In this document: one piece after another, positions 9,606 to 19,341 of the stretch
How positions within the stretch are numbered: position 1 is the first letter of the stretch
Layout: each line of letters begins with the position of its first letter
Source: Planctomycetota bacterium
Lineage (GTDB): Bacteria > Planctomycetota > UBA8108 > SXIK01
Assembly: GCA_965223265.1 (NCBI GenBank)
Contig: OZ244999.1
Span: forward strand, 192,001-256,000
Direction: 5' to 3'
DNA: 64,000 bases
Notes under the pieces: generated by a model
What the model was told of the DNA's origin: nothing
What the model saw: the letters and a program-made list of their open reading frames with translations, nothing else
The model's database searches: none
Program-made: the position numbers and the translations under genes

Positions 9606-10646
9606 TCAAAAGATGCCGGTGAACTCCGTGCCCAGGTGAGCGTCTTCGATGAGTGCGATCGCTTGCACGGTCGCTTCGGATTCACGGCACGCGACCCAAG
9701 CGAAGTACTCGTCGGCTCCGCCTCCATACGTGTGCCGGTAAGCCCAGCCTCCGATGTCTGCCAACGCGCGGATTTCGTCGAAGTCATCGCGTTGGTACGG
9801 GTCCTTTCGCTGCTCCATCAGTGCACGGCGTAGTCGTTCAGGATCGGCGTGCGCGCCGACGGCGAACGCCACGACGTGATCGTCGTGGCCTGCCCGACTC
9901 CACAGTGCGTCGTAGACATCACGGTCGACTGCGCTGTAAAGCGCGATTCGTTCTCGGTAGAAACTCGATCCCACTTCGAACGGCTCGTTGATATGTGGGA
10001 GCCGATCGAGGAGGGCGAGGGTTTCGTCGGTGGCGTCGACTTGCCCGACTTCGCAAATCAGAATGGGTGGTGCCTTGTCGCCGTCCGCGAGCGCCCAAGC
10101 GACCGCTCCTTCGCGGCCGTAGTCGTCGAACGTGACGATCGAGCACGCCTCGCTCAGCTTGGAGACGTTTCGATAGGTGGCGACGATCATATCCCTCTCG
10201 CTTCCTTCACCTGCGTTCGTCGGCGCACGATTGCATCCACTTTCGAGGAACCTCTCGAACAGCGCAGCATCGTCGCTCACGAATGCCTGCACTGAATCGC
10301 GAAAGGTGCCGAACCAACGCACAAGCGCCCAAGAAAAACAGGCGGCTATCTCTCTGCAAAGGTGGTCGGTGTCGGCTGCCGATGTCGGCATGTCAAAGGC
10401 GAGCTCGTTCTTGAATGCCTCGGCCCTATCATCAATCTTCGGCCCATGAAGGAAGCCCTTCGGCGCATACCAGTCGGGCCAGTCTTTGAGTACACTTCGG
10501 ATCTGATCGAAACTTTGAATTGCTCTTCGGCGCGATCGCGAGCAAACGGAGGCATCCTCGTACGGCGCGCCGAGAAAGGAAGCCAGCTTCTGCTCGAGGA
10601 ACGCGCGTTCGGATCTGACTAGCGAGACGTTGAGTCGAGATGTCAT
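9606..10646 (-). CDS. hypothetical protein
   Basis: Long ORF filling the gap between convergent and divergent neighbours; no family recognised; alternative internal start at 10190. Confidence 0.6.
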   Translation of the reverse strand: MTSRLNVSLVRSERAFLEQKLASFLGAPYEDASVCSRSRRRAIQSFDQIRSVLKDWPDWYAPKGFLHGPKIDDRAEAFKNELAFDMPTSAADTDHLCREIAACFSWALVRWFGTFRDSVQAFVSDDAALFERFLESGCNRAPTNAGEGSERDMIVATYRNVSKLSEACSIVTFDDYGREGAVAWALADGDKAPPILICEVGQVDATDETLALLDRLPHINEPFEVGSSFYRERIALYSAVDRDVYDALWSRAGHDDHVVAFAVGAHADPERLRRALMEQRKDPYQRDDFDEIRALADIGGWAYRHTYGGGADEYFAWVACRESEATVQAIALIEDAHLGTEFTGIF

Positions 10647-10891
10647 CGAATCCGTTCCTCCACCTGTCGCCACGGCGGTCGTCAGAGGGCGGCTGCATGT
10701 TTTCGGAAGTTGCCACACGGAGCGAACCCTGCTCGAGAATATCGTAGCTGCACCTACTGTGCGACCCAGTAGGTGGAGGTCCGGCCCTCCAGTATTTCTC
10801 GTGCGAAGATCACGATGTGACGTCAAAATGTCGCGCTGATTGAATTCGACCGAGTTCGGCTTGGCGCCGGCAGAACCCAGGAGCTTGATCC

Positions 10892-11563
10892 ATGCCCAAG
10901 AAGTTGCCGTTTTTCGCTGTCATGCTGCTCGCTGTCTCGAGCTGCTCCCACTTCGCTTCGAGTCCGAAGGATAGCGAAAGCGGACCGATCCACACAGCTG
11001 AAGTCGAGTCGATCGCTCTGTTCAACGGTGAGACTCTCGACGGCTGGGTGGTCGAGAACGGAGGCCAGTTCTCGGTTGTCGATGGACTCCTGCGCGTGGA
11101 TCGTGGAGTTGGTTGGCTTCGCTCCGAAGACGAATTTGAGGACTTCGAGCTCGAAGTTGTGTTCCGCTTTCTTGAGAGGGACGCGAACAGCGGCGTGTTC
11201 GTGCGCACGGGAGCCACAAGCAAGCAGGACGACAACGGTTGGCCTGACAACGGATATCAGATTCAGTGTCGAGAGACGACCTCCGGAGACTATCCCATCG
11301 CAGCGTTGATCCCTTATGGTGCCCCGTCCTTTGCGTCGACATCGGATCTTGATGCTATCGTGCGCGCGTATCGGCCGATCGGCGAGTGGAACCGGTTCGA
11401 TATTGTCTGTGTAGGTGAAACGCTGACGGTCAGTTTGAACGGTATAGCGGTGACCACGGCCGAGTCGATCAAGAACCGAGGTGGTCACGTTGGTATTCAG
11501 GGTGAGAACGGCCTGCTTGAGTTCAAGACAGTCAGGCTGAAGACGCTTGTCAACGCCGAATGA
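10892..11563 (+). CDS. DUF1080 (3-keto-disaccharide hydrolase-like) lipoprotein
   Basis: Lipobox VSSC; 'LFNGETLDGW', 'NSGVFVR', 'GYQIQ', 'GEWN', 'GHVGIQ'. Confidence 0.9.
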   Translation: MPKKLPFFAVMLLAVSSCSHFASSPKDSESGPIHTAEVESIALFNGETLDGWVVENGGQFSVVDGLLRVDRGVGWLRSEDEFEDFELEVVFRFLERDANSGVFVRTGATSKQDDNGWPDNGYQIQCRETTSGDYPIAALIPYGAPSFASTSDLDAIVRAYRPIGEWNRFDIVCVGETLTVSLNGIAVTTAESIKNRGGHVGIQGENGLLEFKTVRLKTLVNAE

Positions 11564-11584
11564 GTTCGTTCGGAGACGTCTGAG

Positions 11585-13273
11585 ATGCAGAGAATTTCTC
11601 GGCGCGATTTCGTCCGACGGGTCGGGTGTGGAGTCGGATGCGCGACGGCCTTGACGGCTTGCGGTCAAGTCGATCGGCGCGCACGGGCAGCAGACGCGGG
11701 TGCTACGGTGCGGGGTGACCCGGCGACAACGTACGATCCGAATCTCTACCTCTTCGTCGATGACCACTGGATCGAGCGTCGCGACTATGTCGACCGTGTC
11801 CTCCACCAAGCTCGGCCACTTCCTGCGCCGGTGGTTTGGCCAGATGACCCGCGACACGAAGAGGACGCCGCGTGGGGTAACGTGCTGCGCGAGCCCGACG
11901 GGACGTTTCGCATGTGGTATGCGACCCTCATGCTCGGCCATGCGGGCGGCGGTCATCATGAGATGGCGCGAGCGGGCGTATGGGGGCGGGCGGATGACTT
12001 TGGCTTTTATCCACGCTCTCGAGCCGACGTAGTGCAGACGAACGCCGTTCTTGGCAAGTACGCCGAGTCTTCTGACGGCCGCAGCTGGGCGAAACCGGAA
12101 CTCGGTCTCGTTGAACTCCGCGGCAGTACACGAAACAACATCGTTCTCAATGGGACGATCGCGGCGAATCAGACCGGCGGCGCGCTCACCAACTTCGACG
12201 GTTGGACGGTCGTGCGGGACGATCATGAGACCGACTCGAATCGTCGTTACAAGATGGTCGCTCATTGGGAATCGATTCATTGCCATGACAACAAAGACAT
12301 CAGCGGATTCTTAGGACGACCCGAAGCGGCGCTGAAGCGGTTTCATGCTGCGCGTGGGAAGTACCTTACGTGTAGTCGAGACGGCCTGCGCTGGGATCAG
12401 CCGCTGGAACGTATCGATTTTCCCGACGGCAACGGAGATCGTTTTCTCATCGTGCGCGACCACCGCAATGAGCGCTGGTTTGGGTACAGTCGCGCTGCCA
12501 GCCACGCGGCCGCGGCGTTCTCTTTCAGCCAGAATTTGAGCGACTGGTCATCGCCGGAAGTGGAGCCGCTGGTTACCGCGAAGTCGATCGGCGACCTCAA
12601 GGTCGAATGTCTTGTGCCGTTTAACTACGGTCGACAAGATCTCGGTGTGCCGGTAGCCATGGACAAGGATCGCAGCATGCTACAAGGTGCACGCGCTATG
12701 GTGCCCTATTTGGCCACGCATCACGATGGAGAATCGTGGTCGTTCGTTGGCCAGGAGCGTGAGCCATTGATTCCGAAAGGACCGCCGAGCAGCTACTACG
12801 CCAGTGGTGCTGTTCCGCTTCACAATGAGCCATTCATCGTCGGCGACGAGCTCCTTATTTTCTTCAACGCTTTCGCGCGCTACCAGGATCCGCCAAGTCG
12901 TTATGGCTCTCGCAGTATTGGAATTGCAACGCTGCGGCGCGACGGGTTCGTGGGCCTGGTTCACCGTGCGAGTGCCGGCACAGGGGCGGTCGTCACGAAG
13001 GAAGTCGTGGTGGATGGGCCGCGGCTGGAACTCAACGTCGAAGCGGCTCCAACCGCCGGTCGTGTTGAGGTTGCTGTTCTGTCGCCGGAAGGAACCGTGG
13101 TTCCTGGTTACGACTTTGATTCTGTCGTTCCACTTGAGGTTGACTCCGTGCGGGCGTCGGTTACCTGGGCCGGAAGGAACGGAACCGCAGATCTCATGGG
13201 GAAGCGCGTAAAGCTCGCGATGCGTCTGCGCGGAGACGTGACGCTTTACGCCTTTGCGTTCGCAGGACGCTGA
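11585..13273 (+). CDS. Tat-exported glycoside-hydrolase-like five-bladed beta-propeller protein (unassigned family)
   Basis: SRRDFV Tat motif; 'LFVDD', 'FRMWY', Asp-box 'SSDGRSW' and 'SRDGLRW', 'ATLRRDGFV'. Confidence 0.75.
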   Translation: MQRISRRDFVRRVGCGVGCATALTACGQVDRRARAADAGATVRGDPATTYDPNLYLFVDDHWIERRDYVDRVLHQARPLPAPVVWPDDPRHEEDAAWGNVLREPDGTFRMWYATLMLGHAGGGHHEMARAGVWGRADDFGFYPRSRADVVQTNAVLGKYAESSDGRSWAKPELGLVELRGSTRNNIVLNGTIAANQTGGALTNFDGWTVVRDDHETDSNRRYKMVAHWESIHCHDNKDISGFLGRPEAALKRFHAARGKYLTCSRDGLRWDQPLERIDFPDGNGDRFLIVRDHRNERWFGYSRAASHAAAAFSFSQNLSDWSSPEVEPLVTAKSIGDLKVECLVPFNYGRQDLGVPVAMDKDRSMLQGARAMVPYLATHHDGESWSFVGQEREPLIPKGPPSSYYASGAVPLHNEPFIVGDELLIFFNAFARYQDPPSRYGSRSIGIATLRRDGFVGLVHRASAGTGAVVTKEVVVDGPRLELNVEAAPTAGRVEVAVLSPEGTVVPGYDFDSVVPLEVDSVRASVTWAGRNGTADLMGKRVKLAMRLRGDVTLYAFAFAGR

Positions 13274-13274
13274 T

Positions 13275-14999
13275 ATGCTGGCTGATCGCAGGTCACTGCC
13301 ATCGTATAGGGCCTACTCGTGTGTGCGGGTGTGCGTGATTCTCATCGCCGCGAGTATGGTTCTGACAGTCGCCGCGGACGAACACGATCGCGGCGACTAC
13401 GACGTCGTTTATTCGGGTGGCCGGATCATCGACGGGAGCGGAAATCCGTGGACCCTCGGCGACGTGGCGATTCGAGATGATCGTATCGTCGCTGTAGGAG
13501 AGCTGGAGAAACGAGCGTCACGCCGCGTCATCGATTGCCGCGGTCTTGTCATCGCGCCGGGCTTCATAGACATGCACTCGCACTCCGACCTCCTACTCCT
13601 GGAGGACGGTCGCGCGCTGAGCAAGATCACTCAAGGCGTGACGACCGACGTGCTCGGTGAACACACGTCTGGCGGTCCCTACAAGGGGAAGCTGCCGCCA
13701 AAGACGATGGAACGAGACGACGGCACGATTCTGCGCTGGTCGTCCTTCGGCGAGTATCTAGCGATACTCGAACGCAGTGGGATCGCCATCAACGTCGTCT
13801 CCTATGTTGGACTGAACAACATCTGGGAGTGCGTCATGGGGAGCGACTTCGATCGCCCAAGCGTGGAACAGTTCGAACGTATGCACGCATTGATCACGGA
13901 GGCAATGGACGAGGGCGCTTTCGGGCTCTCCTGCATGTTGGCGGCGCCGCCCGGTTTCCTGGCTACCACCGAGGATCTTGTCGCCATGTGTCGCGTCGTC
14001 AAAGAGCATGGCGGGATTTTCTCGACGCACATTCGCAACGAAGGAACCGACGTCTTCGCCGCGATTGGTGAGGCCATCGAGGTCGGGGAAAAGGCTGGCG
14101 TTCCAGTGGACATCATCCACATCAAGATTGCAGACGAGCGCAACTGGGGACGCATGTCTGAAGTCATCGCGCTCGTCGATACCGCCAGGGCTCGCGGCGT
14201 CAACGTGCAGGCGAACGTCTATCCTTACACTCGAGGCAACAACATGCTCTCGAGCATTGTCCCGCCGTGGGCACATGAGGGGGGGATAGAAAAGATGCTC
14301 GAGCGGCTTGCCGATCCAGCGCTCCGCCCACGTATCAAGCGCGACATCCGTGACGGGATGCCGGGCTGGTACAACCATTACCTGGCGGTGGGAGGTGATT
14401 GGTCCCGCATGCTCGTCAACGCGGATCTAAGCGCTGCGAACAAGGATTTCGAGGGTGTCACCATGGACCGCATCCTCGCGGCAAAATCGAAGCGGGGCGA
14501 CGATTTGGATGGTCTCTTTGATTTTTTGCTCGAGGAGCGCCAAGTCATCAGCACGATCTACGCTCACCACACTGAGGCTGACATGAATCTCGTCATGTCG
14601 CAGCCGTGGTGCTCGATCGGTTCAGACGGTGCGGCCTACGCGACGGACGGCCCACTGCGGCGCGGCAAGCCGCATCCGAGAAACTTCGGTACGTTTCCGC
14701 GCGTTTTGGGGCACTACGTCCGGGAGCAGGGACTTCTGCGCTTGGAGGAAGCAGTGCGGAAGATGACATCCGCGAACGCCGCTAAGTTGGGTCTGCGCCA
14801 GCGCGGCATGCTCCGCCCAGGGAATTTCGCGGACGTGTGCGTCTTTGATCCACGCCGCGTCAAAGACAGATCCACCTACTTGAAGCCGTTTCACTACAGC
14901 GTGGGTATCGAGTACGTCATGGTGAACGGCGAACTCGTCATCGACGGCGGCCAGCCCACCGGGAGACGACCGGGGAAGGCTTTGAGACGCGGGCGATAG
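13275..14999 (+). CDS. D-aminoacylase / N-acyl-D-amino-acid deacylase family amidohydrolase, with signal peptide
   Basis: 'APGFIDMHSHSD', 'THIRNE', 'IGSDG', 'PHPRNFGTFPRVLG', 'G..ADVCVFDP'. Confidence 0.9.
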   Translation: MLADRRSLPSYRAYSCVRVCVILIAASMVLTVAADEHDRGDYDVVYSGGRIIDGSGNPWTLGDVAIRDDRIVAVGELEKRASRRVIDCRGLVIAPGFIDMHSHSDLLLLEDGRALSKITQGVTTDVLGEHTSGGPYKGKLPPKTMERDDGTILRWSSFGEYLAILERSGIAINVVSYVGLNNIWECVMGSDFDRPSVEQFERMHALITEAMDEGAFGLSCMLAAPPGFLATTEDLVAMCRVVKEHGGIFSTHIRNEGTDVFAAIGEAIEVGEKAGVPVDIIHIKIADERNWGRMSEVIALVDTARARGVNVQANVYPYTRGNNMLSSIVPPWAHEGGIEKMLERLADPALRPRIKRDIRDGMPGWYNHYLAVGGDWSRMLVNADLSAANKDFEGVTMDRILAAKSKRGDDLDGLFDFLLEERQVISTIYAHHTEADMNLVMSQPWCSIGSDGAAYATDGPLRRGKPHPRNFGTFPRVLGHYVREQGLLRLEEAVRKMTSANAAKLGLRQRGMLRPGNFADVCVFDPRRVKDRSTYLKPFHYSVGIEYVMVNGELVIDGGQPTGRRPGKALRRGR

Positions 15000-15026
15000 T
15001 TCGAGTGCAGCGGCGGCAGACTCACG

Positions 15027-17384
15027 TCACGGTGTTTCGTCTGACAACTCGCGCTTGAGAAATTGGACACGGTCGCGTACGAAGGCGCGAATCGCGGAGT
15101 ATGCGTCGCGGATTTCTTGGCGGCGTTCGGGAAGGTCCCCGCCGCGAAACGCCTCGAGCAGCGCTATATCGTTCAGAAGGCGCGCCTCGATCGGGGCGAT
15201 TTTTGCTTCCATCGCCTCCTCAGTGAAGCCGCCGCCCGGCGAGATGTGAAACAGAACCAGATCGCGATAAGCACGATCGAGATCAGGCTGAAGGTGGTGC
15301 GCACGGGCCAGGGCGGTCGGGTCTCCATTCCCGGCGCATGGTCCCGTGAATTCGAGAGGGTACGTCAAAACCATCTCGGTGCAAAAGAACACCTTGTCGA
15401 GGTCCCATGGAATGATTTGCCACCTGCCGTTCGCGGACAGATCGTTGTACGCGAACAGATTGCTTTGGTAGCTCTCAAAGTGTCCGAGCAAAGCGACCGC
15501 CGTCGAATAGAGGCAGATGTTCTCGGTGTCGAGTCCGTGGAAGACGGCGCGGCGCACGGCTTCAGGGTCATCCGACTCGAGCTCACGGATCAAGTCGTTG
15601 AGCATCGTCTCTCCGGTGTGCGGATTCGTGCGCTTCTGAAACGTTTGGCGTTCGAATTTGAATAGGTCGCCGCTGTCATCGACACCGTTGTTCGCCAGGA
15701 AACGGCGATTCACTTGCTCGATGACCGCACGCTGGACGTGCCTCGCTTCGGGCTCATCTGTCGTGTAATCGACGACTCGAAACCACTCCGACCAGGGAGC
15801 GAGTGCGCCCAGGTCGCGATAGACGGTGAAGCCTAGCTGCTCAACATGTCCTTCGATGGGGCCGATGTTTCCTCCTTTGGCAGGAATCAGGTTCAGCGTG
15901 CGATCGCCGCGAAAGTCCGTCCCCTTGAGAAAGGAGAGGTTGTGTCCGTTGTCAGGGTTCAGTGTGGACTTGCGCTGGCGAACATCTGCCCCGTCGAAGA
16001 GCTGAGGAAACGCATCGCCAACGTCCTGGATCGCCGCGCCGCTGACGAGGAGTCGGCGTTCTTCGATCAGGCCTGTTTCGAGTTTCGGAAAGAGCCACAG
16101 GAGTGGCAGCACCGTGGCGATTTCGCCGTCATAGACGAAGTAACTGAAAAACGGCGCCTGATCCGCAATGTGTGGTAGAGCGATCGCGTCACCCGATGAA
16201 AGCTCGACGATCACGTGGTTCCGCACGATCGTCTGCGAATCTGCGACCGGCAAGGTGGTGACGAACGTCGAAGAGCCTGCGTCCATCGAGAACGCGTCCG
16301 CATCGAGTTCCATGGTGTGGCTGTCAACGGCGCTGAGCACATCTGTTGCACGCTCCGAGCGCAGCGTTACCTTGCGAACCGAAGCGGCGTCGACGTCGAG
16401 TGTGACGCGAACGGCGACGGGATCACTCGAGCTGGGGCGCCCCGGAGTGAGCTCGACGTCGGTGATGGTCGGGTGCGTCGGTGTTCCGAGCGTCGTGTTC
16501 TCAAGCGCCGGTGTGCCGCCAAGCGCTGGCCCAGTTTGACGAAACGACACGCGCCAGCTGTGGTAGTCGTCGGCGGGAGCACCGTAGTCGACACGTTCGA
16601 GCGATGGCCCGTAGCCGTCGGCGCCGATCGGCCATGGCGCGCGGTCGTCGTAGCGCACCGACTCGAGAACGCAGTCGCCGTCACTCAGGGTGAGCCGCTC
16701 GCCGCCGTCGGCGAGAGTTCCTTCGTACGGGCCGACCTTGATCGCGTCGAGGCCCGGCCAGCGGCTGAAATCTGGAAACGCCAGTGCGAGAAGAAACTCG
16801 CCGGCAGGTAGCACCGTGCCAGGAGGAATGGTGTGTCGGATGCCGTCAGTGAACTGGTAGCCACTGACGTCGACGTCAACACCGCTCCGGTTGTAGAGTT
16901 CGACAAATTCGCGGCGACGGTCACTGCCGCGTGGGTTGTAGTTGATCTCACTGATAACGACTGCCGGTGTGTCGGCGGCCGCGTCGCCGCAATCGAGAGC
17001 ATCGCACGTCGGGTCAGGCCCAGGAAGAAGTGCTCCCGGATACGGCAGGGAGTCAGACGAGGCAAAAAGGAAGAGGAGAATCGACTGGGCGTCTGCGAGG
17101 TTGAGTTCGCCATCGTCGTTGGCGTCCGCTGCGTCATCGCACGTCAGTGCGTCCATGCCACCGAACAGGGCCAAGATGTGAGTCACAGCGTCGCTCACCG
17201 TCAAGCGCGCGTCGCGGTCGACGTCGCCGCGAATGAAGTCAGCGCGCAGCGGTGCAGCGCCAAGCAGCCACATCACACTGGAAGTGCACACGAGGCAGGA
17301 AAACGAGGCAGCCCGAGCCCGTGGGGCCTGCGGCCGCGGCAGACGTCGGGTGTGAGCGAATAGAGATCGTGGAATGCGTCGCAC
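15027..17384 (-). CDS. CotH kinase family protein with N-terminal dockerin-like domain and lamin-tail domain
   Basis: 'FIRGDVDRD..AADANDDG' dockerin-like; 'VVISEINYNP..EFVELYN' LTD; 'IEQVN..FL', 'GDLFK', 'IIPWDLD' CotH motifs. Confidence 0.8.
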   Translation of the reverse strand: MRRIPRSLFAHTRRLPRPQAPRARAASFSCLVCTSSVMWLLGAAPLRADFIRGDVDRDARLTVSDAVTHILALFGGMDALTCDDAADANDDGELNLADAQSILLFLFASSDSLPYPGALLPGPDPTCDALDCGDAAADTPAVVISEINYNPRGSDRRREFVELYNRSGVDVDVSGYQFTDGIRHTIPPGTVLPAGEFLLALAFPDFSRWPGLDAIKVGPYEGTLADGGERLTLSDGDCVLESVRYDDRAPWPIGADGYGPSLERVDYGAPADDYHSWRVSFRQTGPALGGTPALENTTLGTPTHPTITDVELTPGRPSSSDPVAVRVTLDVDAASVRKVTLRSERATDVLSAVDSHTMELDADAFSMDAGSSTFVTTLPVADSQTIVRNHVIVELSSGDAIALPHIADQAPFFSYFVYDGEIATVLPLLWLFPKLETGLIEERRLLVSGAAIQDVGDAFPQLFDGADVRQRKSTLNPDNGHNLSFLKGTDFRGDRTLNLIPAKGGNIGPIEGHVEQLGFTVYRDLGALAPWSEWFRVVDYTTDEPEARHVQRAVIEQVNRRFLANNGVDDSGDLFKFERQTFQKRTNPHTGETMLNDLIRELESDDPEAVRRAVFHGLDTENICLYSTAVALLGHFESYQSNLFAYNDLSANGRWQIIPWDLDKVFFCTEMVLTYPLEFTGPCAGNGDPTALARAHHLQPDLDRAYRDLVLFHISPGGGFTEEAMEAKIAPIEARLLNDIALLEAFRGGDLPERRQEIRDAYSAIRAFVRDRVQFLKRELSDETP

Positions 17385-17699
17385 GAAGGTTCACCTTGGG
17401 ATCGCAATGAGTGTCTCCGACTTCCCCCGATTTCAAGGATACGCCGTGTGTTGTGCGGTCACAACCGACGAAGGGAGCGGATCGCAGAGGCGGAGACGGC
17501 GGTAGACTCGGATGTACGTGTAGCGCGCCGTCGTGACCCACGGTCACGGTCGACGGTCTACGGTCACGTCTGGAACGGCCCCCGCCCCCGCCCACGCAAA
17601 CGCAACCAGCCTCAGGGGTGCCCTCGCCGCGCTTCCACGCCCACGCAAGCCTCCAACCCCAAAGGGCCGGAGGCGCCCGTCATCGAACGGCTCTCTGCA

Positions 17700-19304
17700 C
17701 TATTGCCCGTGCACTCGATCCTTCTCGAACTGCTCGGTCCGCTCGATCCACAGCCGCCTGAGCTCCTCCAAGCGTTCGGGTTGATCGCGGGCGAGATTGA
17801 CGTTTTCGCACCGATCGCGCGCTAAGTTGTAGAGCTCCCAGCGCTCCGCGTTGTTCACCCGTAGTACTGCTTTCCAATCGCCGGAGCGAATGGCGCGATT
17901 GCCGGCGTGGGCGAAGAACAAAGTGCGTGGCCCCCAATCGCCGCGATCCGCTGCGAACGCTGGTCGCAGGCTGCGGCCCGGGAACGGCGGTGGGGTGGCG
18001 TCACTCGTCAGGCTGCGGTGATCGATGCCCGCAATGTCGAGGATGGTGGGGACCAGGTCGATGAAGTGACCGGGAGAGTGCCGTAGCTCCCCCGCCGCGG
18101 TGATGCCCGCAGGCCAATGGATAATCAGCGGAGAAGAGATGCCACCTTCGTGATTCCAATGCTTGTGCAGCGCCAGTGGGGTATTCGCGGCTGAGGACCA
18201 ACCGGGGCCGAGGCAAAGGTACGACCCTGCCGAGCCGAGCGGTGCGCTGGGGTTGTGGAGGTCGCCGCGGATGATTTGTTCGGCGCTGGCGCCGTTGTCG
18301 GAGACGAAGAAGAACACCGTGTTGTCGAACGCATTCATTGATTTGACTTGCTCGACAACGCGGCCAACTTCCTGATCGATCCGGTCCACCATGGCGGCGT
18401 GGATCGCCATCTTGTGCGCTTGGAACTCTTTTTGGTCCGGCGTGAGTTGCTTCCACGCCACGGCTTTTCCAGACTCGCCCGCACCAATGTGTTCTTGCAG
18501 CTTCTTTTCAGGCAAGCTCCAGGGCGCGATGACGTCGGGTCGCAACCTCGAGAGATCACAAGAGATGATTCCGGCTTCGCGCATGCGCTCCCAGCGCTGT
18601 TGCCGAATTGCATCCCAACCTTCGAGGTAGATTTTGCGATAGCGCGCGATATCCTCCTCCAACGCATGCAACGGAAAGTGTGGAGAAGTGAACGCAAGGT
18701 AAAGAAAAAACGGCTGCGTTGGAGACTCGCGGTGGTGTTCGCGCAGAAACGTCAGCGCGTACTCAGTGATTGCTGACGTGACATAGTATCCGCTGCCGCG
18801 TTGAACCTCGGGGAGCGGTCGATCGTCGAGAGTGTGGCGCTGTGGACTGAAAAAGCGATCGTGATCGCGCATCCAGTAGGAGCGCGCGAATCCGCTGTGC
18901 TCCTTGTCGACCGGTGTGTGGCGTACGTGCCATTTGCCGGAGTGGTAGCAGCGATAGCCAGCCGTGTTCAAGTACTGTGGCAGAAGTCGGGTCCACCGTG
19001 GCCATCGATACCCTTTGCGAGGATCCATACCGACCTGCTGCGCGTAGTACCCTGTCAGCAGTGTCGCGCGGGAAGGCCAACAGCGACCAGTCGAGTAGTA
19101 TTGTGTGAATCGCAAACCTCGGTGTGCGAGCGCGTCGAGATGCGGCGTCTTGATCTCGCCGCCGTAACAGCCGGCATCGGAGTAGCCCATGTCGTCGGCC
19201 ATGATAACGACGAAATTTGGTCGACTTGCGGCCACGGTGTGCGGCGGCGCTGAGGCGAAGAGCATCCACCAGCAGCAGAGGGTAGCAGTGATCGGCTTCG
19301 CCAA
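17700..19304 (-). CDS. arylsulfatase (formylglycine-dependent, S1)
   Basis: 'PNFVVIMADDMGYSD', C-x-P-x-R 'CWPSRATLLTG', 'GKWH', 'SDNG'; TTG start after AAGAGGT RBS (ORF track start is 19457). Confidence 0.92.
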   Translation of the reverse strand: MAKPITATLCCWWMLFASAPPHTVAASRPNFVVIMADDMGYSDAGCYGGEIKTPHLDALAHRGLRFTQYYSTGRCWPSRATLLTGYYAQQVGMDPRKGYRWPRWTRLLPQYLNTAGYRCYHSGKWHVRHTPVDKEHSGFARSYWMRDHDRFFSPQRHTLDDRPLPEVQRGSGYYVTSAITEYALTFLREHHRESPTQPFFLYLAFTSPHFPLHALEEDIARYRKIYLEGWDAIRQQRWERMREAGIISCDLSRLRPDVIAPWSLPEKKLQEHIGAGESGKAVAWKQLTPDQKEFQAHKMAIHAAMVDRIDQEVGRVVEQVKSMNAFDNTVFFFVSDNGASAEQIIRGDLHNPSAPLGSAGSYLCLGPGWSSAANTPLALHKHWNHEGGISSPLIIHWPAGITAAGELRHSPGHFIDLVPTILDIAGIDHRSLTSDATPPPFPGRSLRPAFAADRGDWGPRTLFFAHAGNRAIRSGDWKAVLRVNNAERWELYNLARDRCENVNLARDQPERLEELRRLWIERTEQFEKDRVHGQ

Positions 19305-19341
19305 ATTCAGACCTCTTACTCGCGACGGCGCGGAGATAGAC

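Noticed and set aside
10823-12286. 487-aa minus-strand ORF (also 8765-9787, 55637-56800, 60073-61305, 60321-61241 and similar)
   Set aside because: These are antisense or off-frame shadows of well-supported genes, typical of GC-rich DNA, with no recognisable motifs
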